Assembly (NCBI GenBank): GCA_037445145.1
Contig: JBBILB010000005.1
Coordinates: forward strand, 4,820-68,819
DNA length: 64,000 bases
Source: Candidatus Woesearchaeota archaeon
GTDB taxonomy: Archaea; Nanobdellota; Nanobdellia; Woesearchaeales; ARS49
Reading direction: 5' to 3'
Shown here: positions 19,580-28,224 of the stretch, piece after piece
Layout of the letters: each line of letters begins with the position of its first letter
Numbering within the stretch: the first letter of the stretch is position 1
Position numbers and translations under genes: made by a program
Notes under the pieces: generated by a model
What the model saw: only the letters and a program-made list of their open reading frames with translations
What the model was told of the DNA's origin: nothing
Database searches by the model: none

Positions 19580-21527
19580 TTCTTGAGAACTTAGAAGCAA
19601 AGTATTGCAGCCCGCGCAGCATCTCAGCCTCAAGTTTCTTTTTGTACTGCTCGCGCTGGTCTGGACGGGTTGCTTGGGAAATTTGCGTTTGGTATGACTT
19701 GATGTGACCAAGTGCCTTGTCAGGGTCATAAGGTTCATTCCTGACAGTGTTTGGCAATGTCAGGCCTTTTTCTATGAAAGTTATTGCGTCTTCTGCAAAC
19801 GCTTCGGCAAGCCCCAGCCTGTGGTGCACCTTTTCTGCATAAAGCTGATGTTGCTTCTTTTCCAGTTCATACTCGTTGATGTTGAGATGCCCTGACACAA
19901 AGCACCTGTAGAAGCCGTGAAGGAAGTATGTTAGTGAATCAGGCTTCTTCCTGCCCAAGCCGCGGAACCCATTGAATCTGCGGTAATAATTCTCAATGGT
20001 TTTCAGCTTGTCCTGCGGCGATAACCGCTCGCCGCTTGTTGCAAATTCCTCATGCAGTTCAAAACTGCACGCAACGTGGAAGAAATCCTCATCCCTGTGC
20101 ATGTATGTGTATCCTGTGTCAACATAGTACAGCTTGCTCCTGAGGTTCTTCTTGGCAGAATCCTCAATGACTCTTGAACTCTTTGTTCCAATAAGTCTTT
20201 CCAAATCCTCAATTTGGGGTGTTTTTGTATCCCTTGTGTAAAGCTTGATGTTTTTAGTGCTGGCATCAAAGTGACGCTTGATTGTGTCTTTGTTAAGGTC
20301 TAAGCATATCGGATTGAAAATCCCAATGCACTCCTGCCAGAGCGCCTCCTCGGCAGCGTTCAATTGCAGATAACGCGAGAAAGTGGTGCGTGCAGCATTG
20401 AGGTTGGACTGCATGTGCTTAACAATCCAGTCATTTGTTGCCGGGATTTGCGGCTCGTTGATGGGCGGCGCAGTATTCTGCCACTGTATTATGTCCCTGA
20501 AAACCTGGTAAACTATTATGTCGCGGAACTGGCGGAGCCATGATTTCCTTGTGTCATTTTTCCCAATCCTCCTTCGAATAAATTGCAGCACTTTTTCCAA
20601 GTCAGGGCCAGTGATGGCTTCACGCAACAAATAGCTTTTGCTGCCGTGCCTGATTGGCTGTTTGCTGTCAGGCAGAAGGAGCCCTCCTGCCTGATTGTAA
20701 TATTTTGCATCCCTATAAACCACGCGTGCAATAACCTCGCTTGGAATCCCCTTTGCGTCGCGCATTTCCTTCAAGAAGCGGAATTCGGGCTTGCCTTCAG
20801 AATCAAGTGTGAGGTCAGGTTTCACAAGATAGTGCGAACCGCCGCCGACAGACTGCCCCCTCAGCTTCATTGTGTTTTTCAGGTATTCCCTGCGGTTTTG
20901 CAAATAATCCAGGTATTCGCCAAGGTCTTTTTCAGCAGCCTTCCTGAAAAATTCCTCGTTTGGGGTTCCCAAACATTTCTCGAGATTGTCAAGATTAGAC
21001 TTAAAGCTAAGGTATATCCGGTTGGAGACAACGCTGATTGCTTTGCTGTATTCGTCGACAGCCGGTGTAAAGCGCTCAACATACGAGAAAAATGCAACGT
21101 ATCTGGGAATGCGCTGCTGGGCGATTGCTTCATCCAGCGCTGGTTTTAGGTCAAGATACTTCATTTTCAATTTGCCCTGAATTTCACCAGACCATATTTG
21201 TAGCACACGCTCCTTCTGCTCAAGTCTGTTTTTTACGCGTGAAACCTGGTCTGCCTGAGGCATTACTTCGGCTATGATGTCATGCCCGCCTGATTTCAGG
21301 GCTTCAGCAAGCGATTCAAGGGCAAGTACAGGAATTTCGTAATTGTCAGCAAGCTCTGCAATGTTGTCAGGAATATGGTGTATTACAATGGCGTCATAAT
21401 GTTCAAAGTCGTCAGGAATCCTGTCCCTGCGGTCTGTATTGAAATTAAGGATGAGGTCGCCCAAGTCATTCGTTGCCTGCTGCTGATTCTGTGAGACAAT
21501 GAGGATTCGTTTGTCTGGCGTAACCAT
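19536..21527 (-). CDS. Atypical kinase-fold (APH/ePK-like) protein with N-terminal receiver-like alpha/beta domain
   Basis: KRILIVSQ...YDAIVIHH looks like a CheY/flavodoxin fold. Later come FRFLKEM, YLLREAITGPDL (hinge-like), HFDASTKNIKL (HxDxxxxN) and YYVDTGY (DxG). I chose the ATG at 21527 (GGTGG upstream); the ORF-track TTG start is at 21560. Confidence 0.6.
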   Translation of the reverse strand: MVTPDKRILIVSQNQQQATNDLGDLILNFNTDRRDRIPDDFEHYDAIVIHHIPDNIAELADNYEIPVLALESLAEALKSGGHDIIAEVMPQADQVSRVKNRLEQKERVLQIWSGEIQGKLKMKYLDLKPALDEAIAQQRIPRYVAFFSYVERFTPAVDEYSKAISVVSNRIYLSFKSNLDNLEKCLGTPNEEFFRKAAEKDLGEYLDYLQNRREYLKNTMKLRGQSVGGGSHYLVKPDLTLDSEGKPEFRFLKEMRDAKGIPSEVIARVVYRDAKYYNQAGGLLLPDSKQPIRHGSKSYLLREAITGPDLEKVLQFIRRRIGKNDTRKSWLRQFRDIIVYQVFRDIIQWQNTAPPINEPQIPATNDWIVKHMQSNLNAARTTFSRYLQLNAAEEALWQECIGIFNPICLDLNKDTIKRHFDASTKNIKLYTRDTKTPQIEDLERLIGTKSSRVIEDSAKKNLRSKLYYVDTGYTYMHRDEDFFHVACSFELHEEFATSGERLSPQDKLKTIENYYRRFNGFRGLGRKKPDSLTYFLHGFYRCFVSGHLNINEYELEKKQHQLYAEKVHHRLGLAEAFAEDAITFIEKGLTLPNTVRNEPYDPDKALGHIKSYQTQISQATRPDQREQYKKKLEAEMLRGLQYFASKFSRIKLQNPPASQPAAQ

Positions 21528-21576
21528 CAATATCCACCCATACCTACTACCTAGTAGCAATTCTTTATAAAACTTT

Positions 21577-22203
21577 CTAAGAACTCGACGGAGGAGGCAG
21601 GTAGTCGCGCAGCCTTACCTTGAACTGGGATTCTATGCGTGAGAAATGGATTATCATTTCCTTGTATTTGGGGTAATTTGCAGCCAGCGTGTCCCATCTT
21701 GACTCGCCGGATTTCAAAAGCAGGGCATGTCCTTCAATCGGCAGGGCCTTAACATACTGCCTGATTTCATTGTCATCAGGAGCATAAAAACTCAATGCCT
21801 TTTCCCTTATTAAGGGCATCTCCCGGTATGGCTGCTGTTTCAGCTCGTTGAGGAAAGCCATTCTGCGCTCCTTTGTCTTTTCAGGAGTAAGTGCATAAAC
21901 AAGTGCAACAGCCTCGGGAAGCGCCTCGATGTGGTTCGCTTTTGGAGGCTCCCCTGCAATGGCGGGCGTTGCCTCAGGCGGTGCTGCAAGGGCAAGTACT
22001 GCCTCAAGGGTCAGCTTTGTTGTATCGTAGTCAAGGTTTGACTTGTGCGCATTTTCAAGAACAGCCTGTGCAAAGCCAAGATTTCTTCTTTCTGCAAGGC
22101 GGTGGTAAAGATTGCAAAAATCCAACGCTGCAACAAGCCGTGCATCTGAGCCATTTAAGTCCTTTTGTCCTTCAGCAGAAGATTCGTACATACTTGTCTT
22201 CAC
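21577..22203 (-). CDS. Hypothetical protein (208 aa), co-directional with the kinase-fold gene
   Basis: GTG start (alternative ATG at 22191). 16-49 nt from the downstream gene. No family recognised. Confidence 0.5.
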   Translation of the reverse strand: MKTSMYESSAEGQKDLNGSDARLVAALDFCNLYHRLAERRNLGFAQAVLENAHKSNLDYDTTKLTLEAVLALAAPPEATPAIAGEPPKANHIEALPEAVALVYALTPEKTKERRMAFLNELKQQPYREMPLIREKALSFYAPDDNEIRQYVKALPIEGHALLLKSGESRWDTLAANYPKYKEMIIHFSRIESQFKVRLRDYLPPPSSS

Positions 22204-22322
22204 CCTATCATCTCAACGTCTGATTCTGGGTATTTTATACAAAACCATCATTTATAAAGGTTCTGGTTGTTGCGTGCAGATTACTGCAAAACTTTTTAAT
22301 TTTAAAACACATTGTTGGGCTT

Positions 22323-23213
22323 ATGGGTGATTATGACCAGGAAAAGGCATTCGTGATGGACATAATCAAAGAAGTGGGGGATTTGCAAATTGATTATTTT
22401 GGGCAATTTTTGCCTCCCAGCCTAAAGGATATATATTCTGATTCCGGTGCATTGGGAAATCCCGAAAGTAAAAGCGTGGTCAGTAAAGTTGACAGAGACT
22501 GCCAGGATTACATTCTCAATAAGCTTCACCCAATATTCAGAAGCGATGGCGTGATTTGTGAGGAAGACACGCTTACTGTTGCATTATTTGACAAGAACAA
22601 AGACAGCGGCAGGAAATGGGTAATAGACCCCCTTGATGGCTCTTACTTGCACTCCAGAAGAAAGCCCTCATTTGGGGTTGTTATTGGCCTGCAGAAAGAC
22701 AAGGAGTATGTCATTGGAGCAATGTATCAGCCAAAAGAAAAAATACTTTATCTTGCAGTAAGGGGGGAGGGGCTGAAAAAATTCACTGCGCAGGATACCG
22801 GCGGCATTGAAGTAAAGCTCCACGATAATTCAGTCCCCTGCGTGGGCGACCTAGTCCTGCTGGGCGGATGGGTTCCTGAGAGGGACAGCCCCATTCTTAA
22901 CGAACAAATAAGTGGGTTGATTTTCCGCTACGAAGAAAACCTTTGCTCTGTTGACCGCACAAGAAAAGTTCTTGAGGGGCAGGCAAAAGCATACCTGCGA
23001 TACCAGAGCCACATTTACGGCGCAGGCCCCCAGATGTTCATTATTGAGCAAGCAGGGGGGATTGCAGTTGGTCTTGACCTCAATCTTCCTGTTTGGGAGC
23101 AGTGTGTTGATGGGAACAAAAAAGTGACCAAGCTAAAATCATACGCAATATTGGGTCCAAGAAAATACTGCACCCTCCTGGCCCCAATCATCAAAAAAGT
23201 ACTTCATGCGTAA
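22323..23213 (+). CDS. Inositol monophosphatase / FBPase-family phosphatase
   Basis: ICEEDT and WVIDPLDGS metal-binding motifs, C-terminal ...IEQAGG. Confidence 0.7.
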   Translation: MGDYDQEKAFVMDIIKEVGDLQIDYFGQFLPPSLKDIYSDSGALGNPESKSVVSKVDRDCQDYILNKLHPIFRSDGVICEEDTLTVALFDKNKDSGRKWVIDPLDGSYLHSRRKPSFGVVIGLQKDKEYVIGAMYQPKEKILYLAVRGEGLKKFTAQDTGGIEVKLHDNSVPCVGDLVLLGGWVPERDSPILNEQISGLIFRYEENLCSVDRTRKVLEGQAKAYLRYQSHIYGAGPQMFIIEQAGGIAVGLDLNLPVWEQCVDGNKKVTKLKSYAILGPRKYCTLLAPIIKKVLHA

Positions 23214-23284
23214 CATCACTCACTGTTTTCTGTGCACGCGCAGAATGATAACGTTTAAAAACCTGCCCTCACAAATAGCGCCGT

Positions 23285-24748
23285 ATGCCGACTGAAAAAG
23301 AGCTTATTGACGAGCGCATCAGGAAGATGCAGGAATTCAGGAAGCTCGGGATTAATCCTTACCCTTACAGGTATGCGCCCACGCACACTGCAAGGCAGAT
23401 TCTTGAGAAGTACGGTGCGCTCAGCATCGAGGAGGACTCTGGCGAAAAGGCTTCTGTTGCAGGAAGGATTATTGCCTTGAGGCGGATGGGCAAGGCGACT
23501 TTCATGCACATCAGGGACGCCACAGGCAGGCTCCAGCTTTATTTCAAGGAAGATGAGCTTGGCGGCGACATTGGAGGACAGTATTCTTTGTTGAAGCTTT
23601 ATGACATAGGCGACTGGATTGGCGCAGAAGGAAGCATATTCAAGACAAAAACAGGGGAGGTTACTGTCAGGGTGCTCAAGTTTGAAATGCTTTGCAAGAG
23701 CATACGCCCTTTCCCTGAAAAATGGCACGGCCTGAAGGATGTTGAAATACGCTACAGGAAGCGCTACCTTGACCTTATCATGAACCCTGAGGTCAGGGAG
23801 ACCTTCAGGAAGCGCACGAAAATAATCAGCACAATAAGGGACTTGCTCAACAGCAGGGGATTTATGGAGGTTGAAACCCCTGTGCTTCAGCCGATTTACG
23901 GCGGTGCTGCCGCAAAGCCGTTCAAGACCCACATTAACGCGCTTAACAAGGACGTGTTCATGCGCATAGCGCCTGAGCTTTACCTCAAGAAACTGATTGT
24001 CGGCGGGATGGACAGGGTTTATGAGATTGGCAAGAATTACAGGAATGAGGACATTGACCGCTTCCACAATCCCGAATTCACCCTGCTGGAGCTTTACCAG
24101 GCTTATGCTGACTTTAATGACATGATGGAATTGTGTGAGGACATTTACGTGGCTGCAGCAATGGCAATCCACGGCACCACCAAGTTCGAATACCAGGGGC
24201 ACCAGATTGACGTCAAAAAGCCGTGGAAGGTCATGACGATGATTCAGGCAATAAAAGAGCTTGGCGGAGTTGATGTTGAGGCATTGGACGACAAGGGCTT
24301 GCTCGCGAGAGTTCCAAGGAAGGAATTGTTGCCTCCAAAGCCGTCAAGAGGGCTGCTGATCCAGGCGTTGTTTGAGCAGTTGTGCGAGGAAAAGCTCATC
24401 CAGCCCACTTTCATAACGCACCACCCGATTGAGACAACGCCCCTGTGCAAGCCGTGCAAGAACCATGTTTCGCTTGTTGAGCGCTTTGAGCCGTTTATTG
24501 CAGGAATGGAGGTGGCTAACGCATATTCAGAGCTCAATGACCCAATACTCCAGAGAAAGCTATTAGAGGAGCAGGTCAAGGAAGGGAAGGGATGGGGGCA
24601 GGAAATTGATGAGGATTTCATCCAGGCAATAGAATACGGCATGCCTCCTACCGGCGGGATGGGTGTTGGCATTGACAGGATGGTAATGATAATCACGAAC
24701 TCGCCAAGCATTCGGGATGTGATTTTCTTCCCGTTCATGAAGGTGTGA
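23285..24748 (+). CDS. lysS: Lysyl-tRNA synthetase, class II
   Basis: N-terminal OB anticodon-binding domain, motif 2 YRNEDIDRFHNPEFTLLELY, motif 3 GGMGVGIDRMVM. Confidence 0.95.
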   Translation: MPTEKELIDERIRKMQEFRKLGINPYPYRYAPTHTARQILEKYGALSIEEDSGEKASVAGRIIALRRMGKATFMHIRDATGRLQLYFKEDELGGDIGGQYSLLKLYDIGDWIGAEGSIFKTKTGEVTVRVLKFEMLCKSIRPFPEKWHGLKDVEIRYRKRYLDLIMNPEVRETFRKRTKIISTIRDLLNSRGFMEVETPVLQPIYGGAAAKPFKTHINALNKDVFMRIAPELYLKKLIVGGMDRVYEIGKNYRNEDIDRFHNPEFTLLELYQAYADFNDMMELCEDIYVAAAMAIHGTTKFEYQGHQIDVKKPWKVMTMIQAIKELGGVDVEALDDKGLLARVPRKELLPPKPSRGLLIQALFEQLCEEKLIQPTFITHHPIETTPLCKPCKNHVSLVERFEPFIAGMEVANAYSELNDPILQRKLLEEQVKEGKGWGQEIDEDFIQAIEYGMPPTGGMGVGIDRMVMIITNSPSIRDVIFFPFMKV

Positions 24749-24749
24749 A

Positions 24750-25097
24750 ATGGCAGCGAAGACAATTATCGGTCTTAAGGAGCATGTCGTGATATTCGGC
24801 AGGGAAAAGGAGAAAAGGGTTGTTGCAAGGGTTGACACAGGAGCCACAAAGTGCAGCATTGACGCAGGCCTTGCAAAATCACTGGGCCTCGGCCCTGTTT
24901 TGCGGGAAAAAACAATCAAGTCAGCCCACGGCATTGCGACAAGAGGCATTATTCTTGCCCGCATAATGATTGCAGGAAGGCGGTTCAAGGTTTTTTTCAC
25001 AATAGCAGACAGGAAGCATATGAAGTATCCTGTCCTCATTGGAAGGAATATCCTCAAGCGGGGCTTTTTGATTGACCCTGACAAGAAGCTAAGGTGA
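24750..25097 (+). CDS. Retropepsin-like protein of the RimK-associated (putative ATP-dependent zinc protease, DUF785) family
   Basis: VDTGATKCSID contains the D-T-G-A aspartic-protease signature. 1 nt after the lysS stop and overlapping the rimK start. Confidence 0.7.
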   Translation: MAAKTIIGLKEHVVIFGREKEKRVVARVDTGATKCSIDAGLAKSLGLGPVLREKTIKSAHGIATRGIILARIMIAGRRFKVFFTIADRKHMKYPVLIGRNILKRGFLIDPDKKLR

Positions 25098-26194
25098 TTG
25101 TTATGCGCGCTGGCGTTATAAGCATGGGAAGCATTTCTTCAAAATGGACCGTTGAGGCATTGAAAAAGCAGTTTGGGGAGGCAGACCTGCTTGACATCAA
25201 GGAGTTTGAGGTCAACCTCGGGAAGGAGGGGGGTGTGCTTTATGCAGGAAAGCCCCTCAGGCATTACGACTGCCTTTACATGAAGGGATCAGGAAGGTAT
25301 GCAAACCTTTTGCGCTCAATTGCCAGCATGCTTGGCGACAGGACATTCATTCCAATAAAGCCGAGCGCGTTCACGATATGCCACGACAAGCTCCTCACGC
25401 ACATCATGTTGCAAAAGGCAAGAGTGCCCCAGCCGCAGACATACATCGCATCAACAGCCCAGGCGGCAAAGAAAATAATAAAGAAAATGACTTACCCAAT
25501 TGTCCTGAAGCTTCCCACAGGCACGCACGGCAAGGGAGTGATGCTTGCAGACAGTTATGAGAGCGCGAGCTCAATGATTGACGCGCTTGCGGTATTGAAG
25601 CAGCCCTTCCTCCTGCAGGAATACATCGAAACAGACGGCACTGATACAAGGGCTTTTGTCGTCGGAGACGAGGTTGTGGCGTCAATGAAGCGCATTGCAG
25701 TCACCGGCGAAAAGCGCGCGAACATCCACGCAGGCGGACGCGGCGAGGCAACCGCGCTGAGTGCGCAGGCAAAAAAGACTGCATTGATGGCTGCCCGCGC
25801 GCTTGGGGCGGAAATCTGCGGTGTTGATATGCTTGAAAGCGTCCGCGGCCCGAAAGTTATTGAGGTGAATGTTTCCCCGGGGCTCCAGGGAATAACAAAG
25901 GCAACAGGAGTCAATGTTGCTGAAAAAATTGCAAGGCACCTTTTTGCGCGCACAAAGGAGTTCCAAAAGGAACTTGAGGCAAAACACAAGAAGGAAATGC
26001 TTCCTGAGCCAGTGCCAAAGAAAGAAATGCAGGAAATAATCACAAAGCCTGACTTCAGGGGCGCAAGAATACTCCTGCCAGAGGTTGTTTCTACAGTGAC
26101 CAAGCTTACGGAAGATGACGATGTTTCAGTAAGAATGGCAAAAGGCAGGATTGAAATCGAAAAGCTGCCGTCAAAGAAAGAAAAGGAGGAATAA
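25094..26194 (+). CDS. rimK: RimK-family ATP-grasp alpha-L-glutamate ligase with Lys/Glu-rich C-terminal extension
   Basis: YPIVLKLPTGTHGKGVMLAD, LLQEYIE, NIHAGG, GVDMLES..GPKVIEVNVSPG. GTG at 25094, or ATG at 25103. Confidence 0.85.
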   Translation: MIVMRAGVISMGSISSKWTVEALKKQFGEADLLDIKEFEVNLGKEGGVLYAGKPLRHYDCLYMKGSGRYANLLRSIASMLGDRTFIPIKPSAFTICHDKLLTHIMLQKARVPQPQTYIASTAQAAKKIIKKMTYPIVLKLPTGTHGKGVMLADSYESASSMIDALAVLKQPFLLQEYIETDGTDTRAFVVGDEVVASMKRIAVTGEKRANIHAGGRGEATALSAQAKKTALMAARALGAEICGVDMLESVRGPKVIEVNVSPGLQGITKATGVNVAEKIARHLFARTKEFQKELEAKHKKEMLPEPVPKKEMQEIITKPDFRGARILLPEVVSTVTKLTEDDDVSVRMAKGRIEIEKLPSKKEKEE

Positions 26195-26368
26195 ATGCCA
26201 AAAGGATTTACGAGGACTGTTTCAGTGATTCTCGGCATTATTCTTGCCGTGATTGGGCTTTTCAATATTCCTTTTGCAGTACGCTCAAGCAGCTGGGGCG
26301 GGCTTGTCCTGCATACAGTCCTTTTCTTCGGCGGAATTCTTGTTGTCGGCTGGGCGCTGAAGGAGTGA
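26195..26368 (+). CDS. Small 2-TM membrane protein (57 aa)
   Basis: The ATG directly abuts the rimK stop (TAAATG). MPKGFTRTVSVILGIILAVIGLFNIPF...VLHTVLFFGGILVVGWALKE. Below the ORF-track cutoff; translated by hand. Confidence 0.45.
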   Translation: MPKGFTRTVSVILGIILAVIGLFNIPFAVRSSSWGGLVLHTVLFFGGILVVGWALKE

Positions 26369-26401
26369 AGTCTTTTAAACAAGCGAATTATCAGGCAAGG
26401 C

Positions 26402-27088
26402 ATGAAGCTTGGCGTCTTGTTTTCAGGGGGGAAGGACAGCACTCTTGCAATGCTCAAGGCAATGAAGGGGCACAGGATAGTTTGCCTGATTACTGTTGTT
26501 TCTGAGAACCCTGAAAGCTTTATGTTCCACACGCCAAACGTCCACGTTGCTGAAATGCAGGCAGAAGCCGTTGGAATGCCTCTTGTCAGGGTTTCAACAA
26601 AGGGCGAGAAGGAAAAAGAGCTTGATGACCTGAAAAAAGCCATTGAAGAGGCAAGGCGGAAGTTTGGCATTGAAGGTGTTGTTACTGGCGCTGTGAAGTC
26701 AGCATACCAGGCGGAGAGAATCAAAAAAATCTGCAATGGGCTTGGCATTGCCTGCATCAATCCATTGTGGCAGATGGACCAGGCGCAATTGCTCAACGAG
26801 GTTGTTGAGTCAGGAATGCAGGTTATTATTTCAGGGGTTTTTGCAGAGCCGCTTGGAAAGGAGCTTCTTGGCAGGCAGATTGACAAGGCAATGGTTGAAA
26901 CGCTCAAAAAGGCAGCAGAAACGCACAAGATAAACCCTGCAGGCGAGGGCGGCGAGATAGAGACAACAGTCCTTGATGCTCCATTCTTCAAGAAAAGAAT
27001 AGTTGTCAAAAAAAGCAGCATTGAATACAAGGATTTTGCAGGCATTTACAGGATAGAAGAGGCAGGGCTTGTGGAAAAGTTTTTATAA
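26402..27088 (+). CDS. Dph6/MJ0570-family PP-loop ATPase (diphthine-ammonia ligase-like)
   Basis: PP-loop LFSGGKDS, and ...NPAGEGGEIETTVLDAPFF near the C-terminus. Confidence 0.8.
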   Translation: MKLGVLFSGGKDSTLAMLKAMKGHRIVCLITVVSENPESFMFHTPNVHVAEMQAEAVGMPLVRVSTKGEKEKELDDLKKAIEEARRKFGIEGVVTGAVKSAYQAERIKKICNGLGIACINPLWQMDQAQLLNEVVESGMQVIISGVFAEPLGKELLGRQIDKAMVETLKKAAETHKINPAGEGGEIETTVLDAPFFKKRIVVKKSSIEYKDFAGIYRIEEAGLVEKFL

Positions 27089-27124
27089 CCAGTGCGTTTT
27101 TCAGCCAGAAGGAATGTGGTTGTC

Positions 27125-27586
27125 ATGCCTGTTGACATTGAGACAGAACTGGAAGCTGATATTGCAAAGCTGGATTTGGCGCTTAAAAAATACTTTGTCC
27201 AAGGTGCTAGGACAATACCTGTCCTGGTTGGTCTCATTGCACAGCGAAAGAAACTGATTCTGCCTGCTGGCATTGCACGGCTGTCGTACAACGCTGCTGT
27301 GAAGCAGATTGAAAATATTGCACTTGATGGCATAGTGAGGAGCCTTGAACTCATCACTGAGAACCACGTTGCGCTCATCAAGCTTCTTAACATGGAGGAG
27401 CTTCTCTGGACAAACCTCAAGGAAGCGATAAAAGAGAAGGACCAGAAAGAAATCAAGCGCCTTGTTGTTGGCATTGACAGCATCCTGGACAATGAGATGA
27501 AGCTTGTTCCCACAGAAGCCAGGGCCCAGGCAACGCTTGTCCAGATGACTACAGCGCAGATGGAAAAGATTGCCAGGCTGCGCTGA
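27125..27586 (+). CDS. Hypothetical helical protein (153 aa)
   Basis: Charged helical composition. The Ser/Leu-rich ORF on the opposite strand (27046..27609) looks like an antisense artefact. Confidence 0.5.
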   Translation: MPVDIETELEADIAKLDLALKKYFVQGARTIPVLVGLIAQRKKLILPAGIARLSYNAAVKQIENIALDGIVRSLELITENHVALIKLLNMEELLWTNLKEAIKEKDQKEIKRLVVGIDSILDNEMKLVPTEARAQATLVQMTTAQMEKIARLR

Positions 27587-27627
27587 ACATAAGCTTTATA
27601 AATTGTCACGTCTTAGTGATAATTGGA

Positions 27628-28224
27628 ATGAAAGGAGTCAGACCAGTAAGCATTTTAGACCTTGCAGCCCAAAAGAGCCCGATGCATTATAGGGGAATTC
27701 TCACTGTAAACCTGGATTATGTCCTGCACAAGGATGGCGACCCTGTGCTTGTTGGCGAGAACGAATTCAAGACAGCCCAGACCGGCTTTACAAAGTTTCC
27801 GTCAAGGAATGAGGTTTTTACACTGCTCTGGCATTCTAGGCTAGATGACCCCTTCTCGTGGATTGGCGACGAATGCCTTGAATGCCGCTCGACGCAGGTG
27901 CAACAGGACGCGGCTGGCAATGATATGATTGAAGCAATAAAGAACGGCTATGCCACGTTCACAGTAATAAATGATGAGGACAGGCGGTCTTATTCAAAGA
28001 TTGTTGAGGGGCTTGCTGCCCGCGTCACACTGCTTGAAAACGCAGGCCACAAGGTCACCATTGATGTTTCGGGAAGGATTAAATTCAAGAACAAGGGCAT
28101 AATTGTCCTGGGCCACCCTGGCTCCATTGTGCGCATCTATTCGCCTGAGAACAAGTCATTCATCCATAAGCTGAGAAGCAACGAGGATGCGTACCGCATT
28201 CTCAATGACAGCAGGAATGCCTAA
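27628..28224 (+). CDS. Hypothetical protein (198 aa)
   Basis: ORF with protein-like composition. The ORF-track GTG start is at 27616. 4-nt convergent overlap with srp54. Confidence 0.5.
   Translation: MKGVRPVSILDLAAQKSPMHYRGILTVNLDYVLHKDGDPVLVGENEFKTAQTGFTKFPSRNEVFTLLWHSRLDDPFSWIGDECLECRSTQVQQDAAGNDMIEAIKNGYATFTVINDEDRRSYSKIVEGLAARVTLLENAGHKVTIDVSGRIKFKNKGIIVLGHPGSIVRIYSPENKSFIHKLRSNEDAYRILNDSRNA

Noticed and set aside
23255-24202. 315-aa minus-strand ORF
   Set aside because: It is antisense to lysS (class II aaRS motifs on the plus strand). No recognisable features.
25555-27045. 496-aa minus-strand ORF
   Set aside because: It is antisense to rimK and the Dph6-like gene, which both have clear catalytic motifs. 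Its translation is Ser/Phe/Ile-rich with no motifs.
27046-27609. 187-aa minus-strand ORF competing with the plus-strand ORF 27125..27586
   Set aside because: The minus-strand translation is Ser-rich and hydrophobic in an antisense-like way. The plus-strand product has balanced, charged helical composition and fits the co-directional gene string. The choice remains moderately uncertain.
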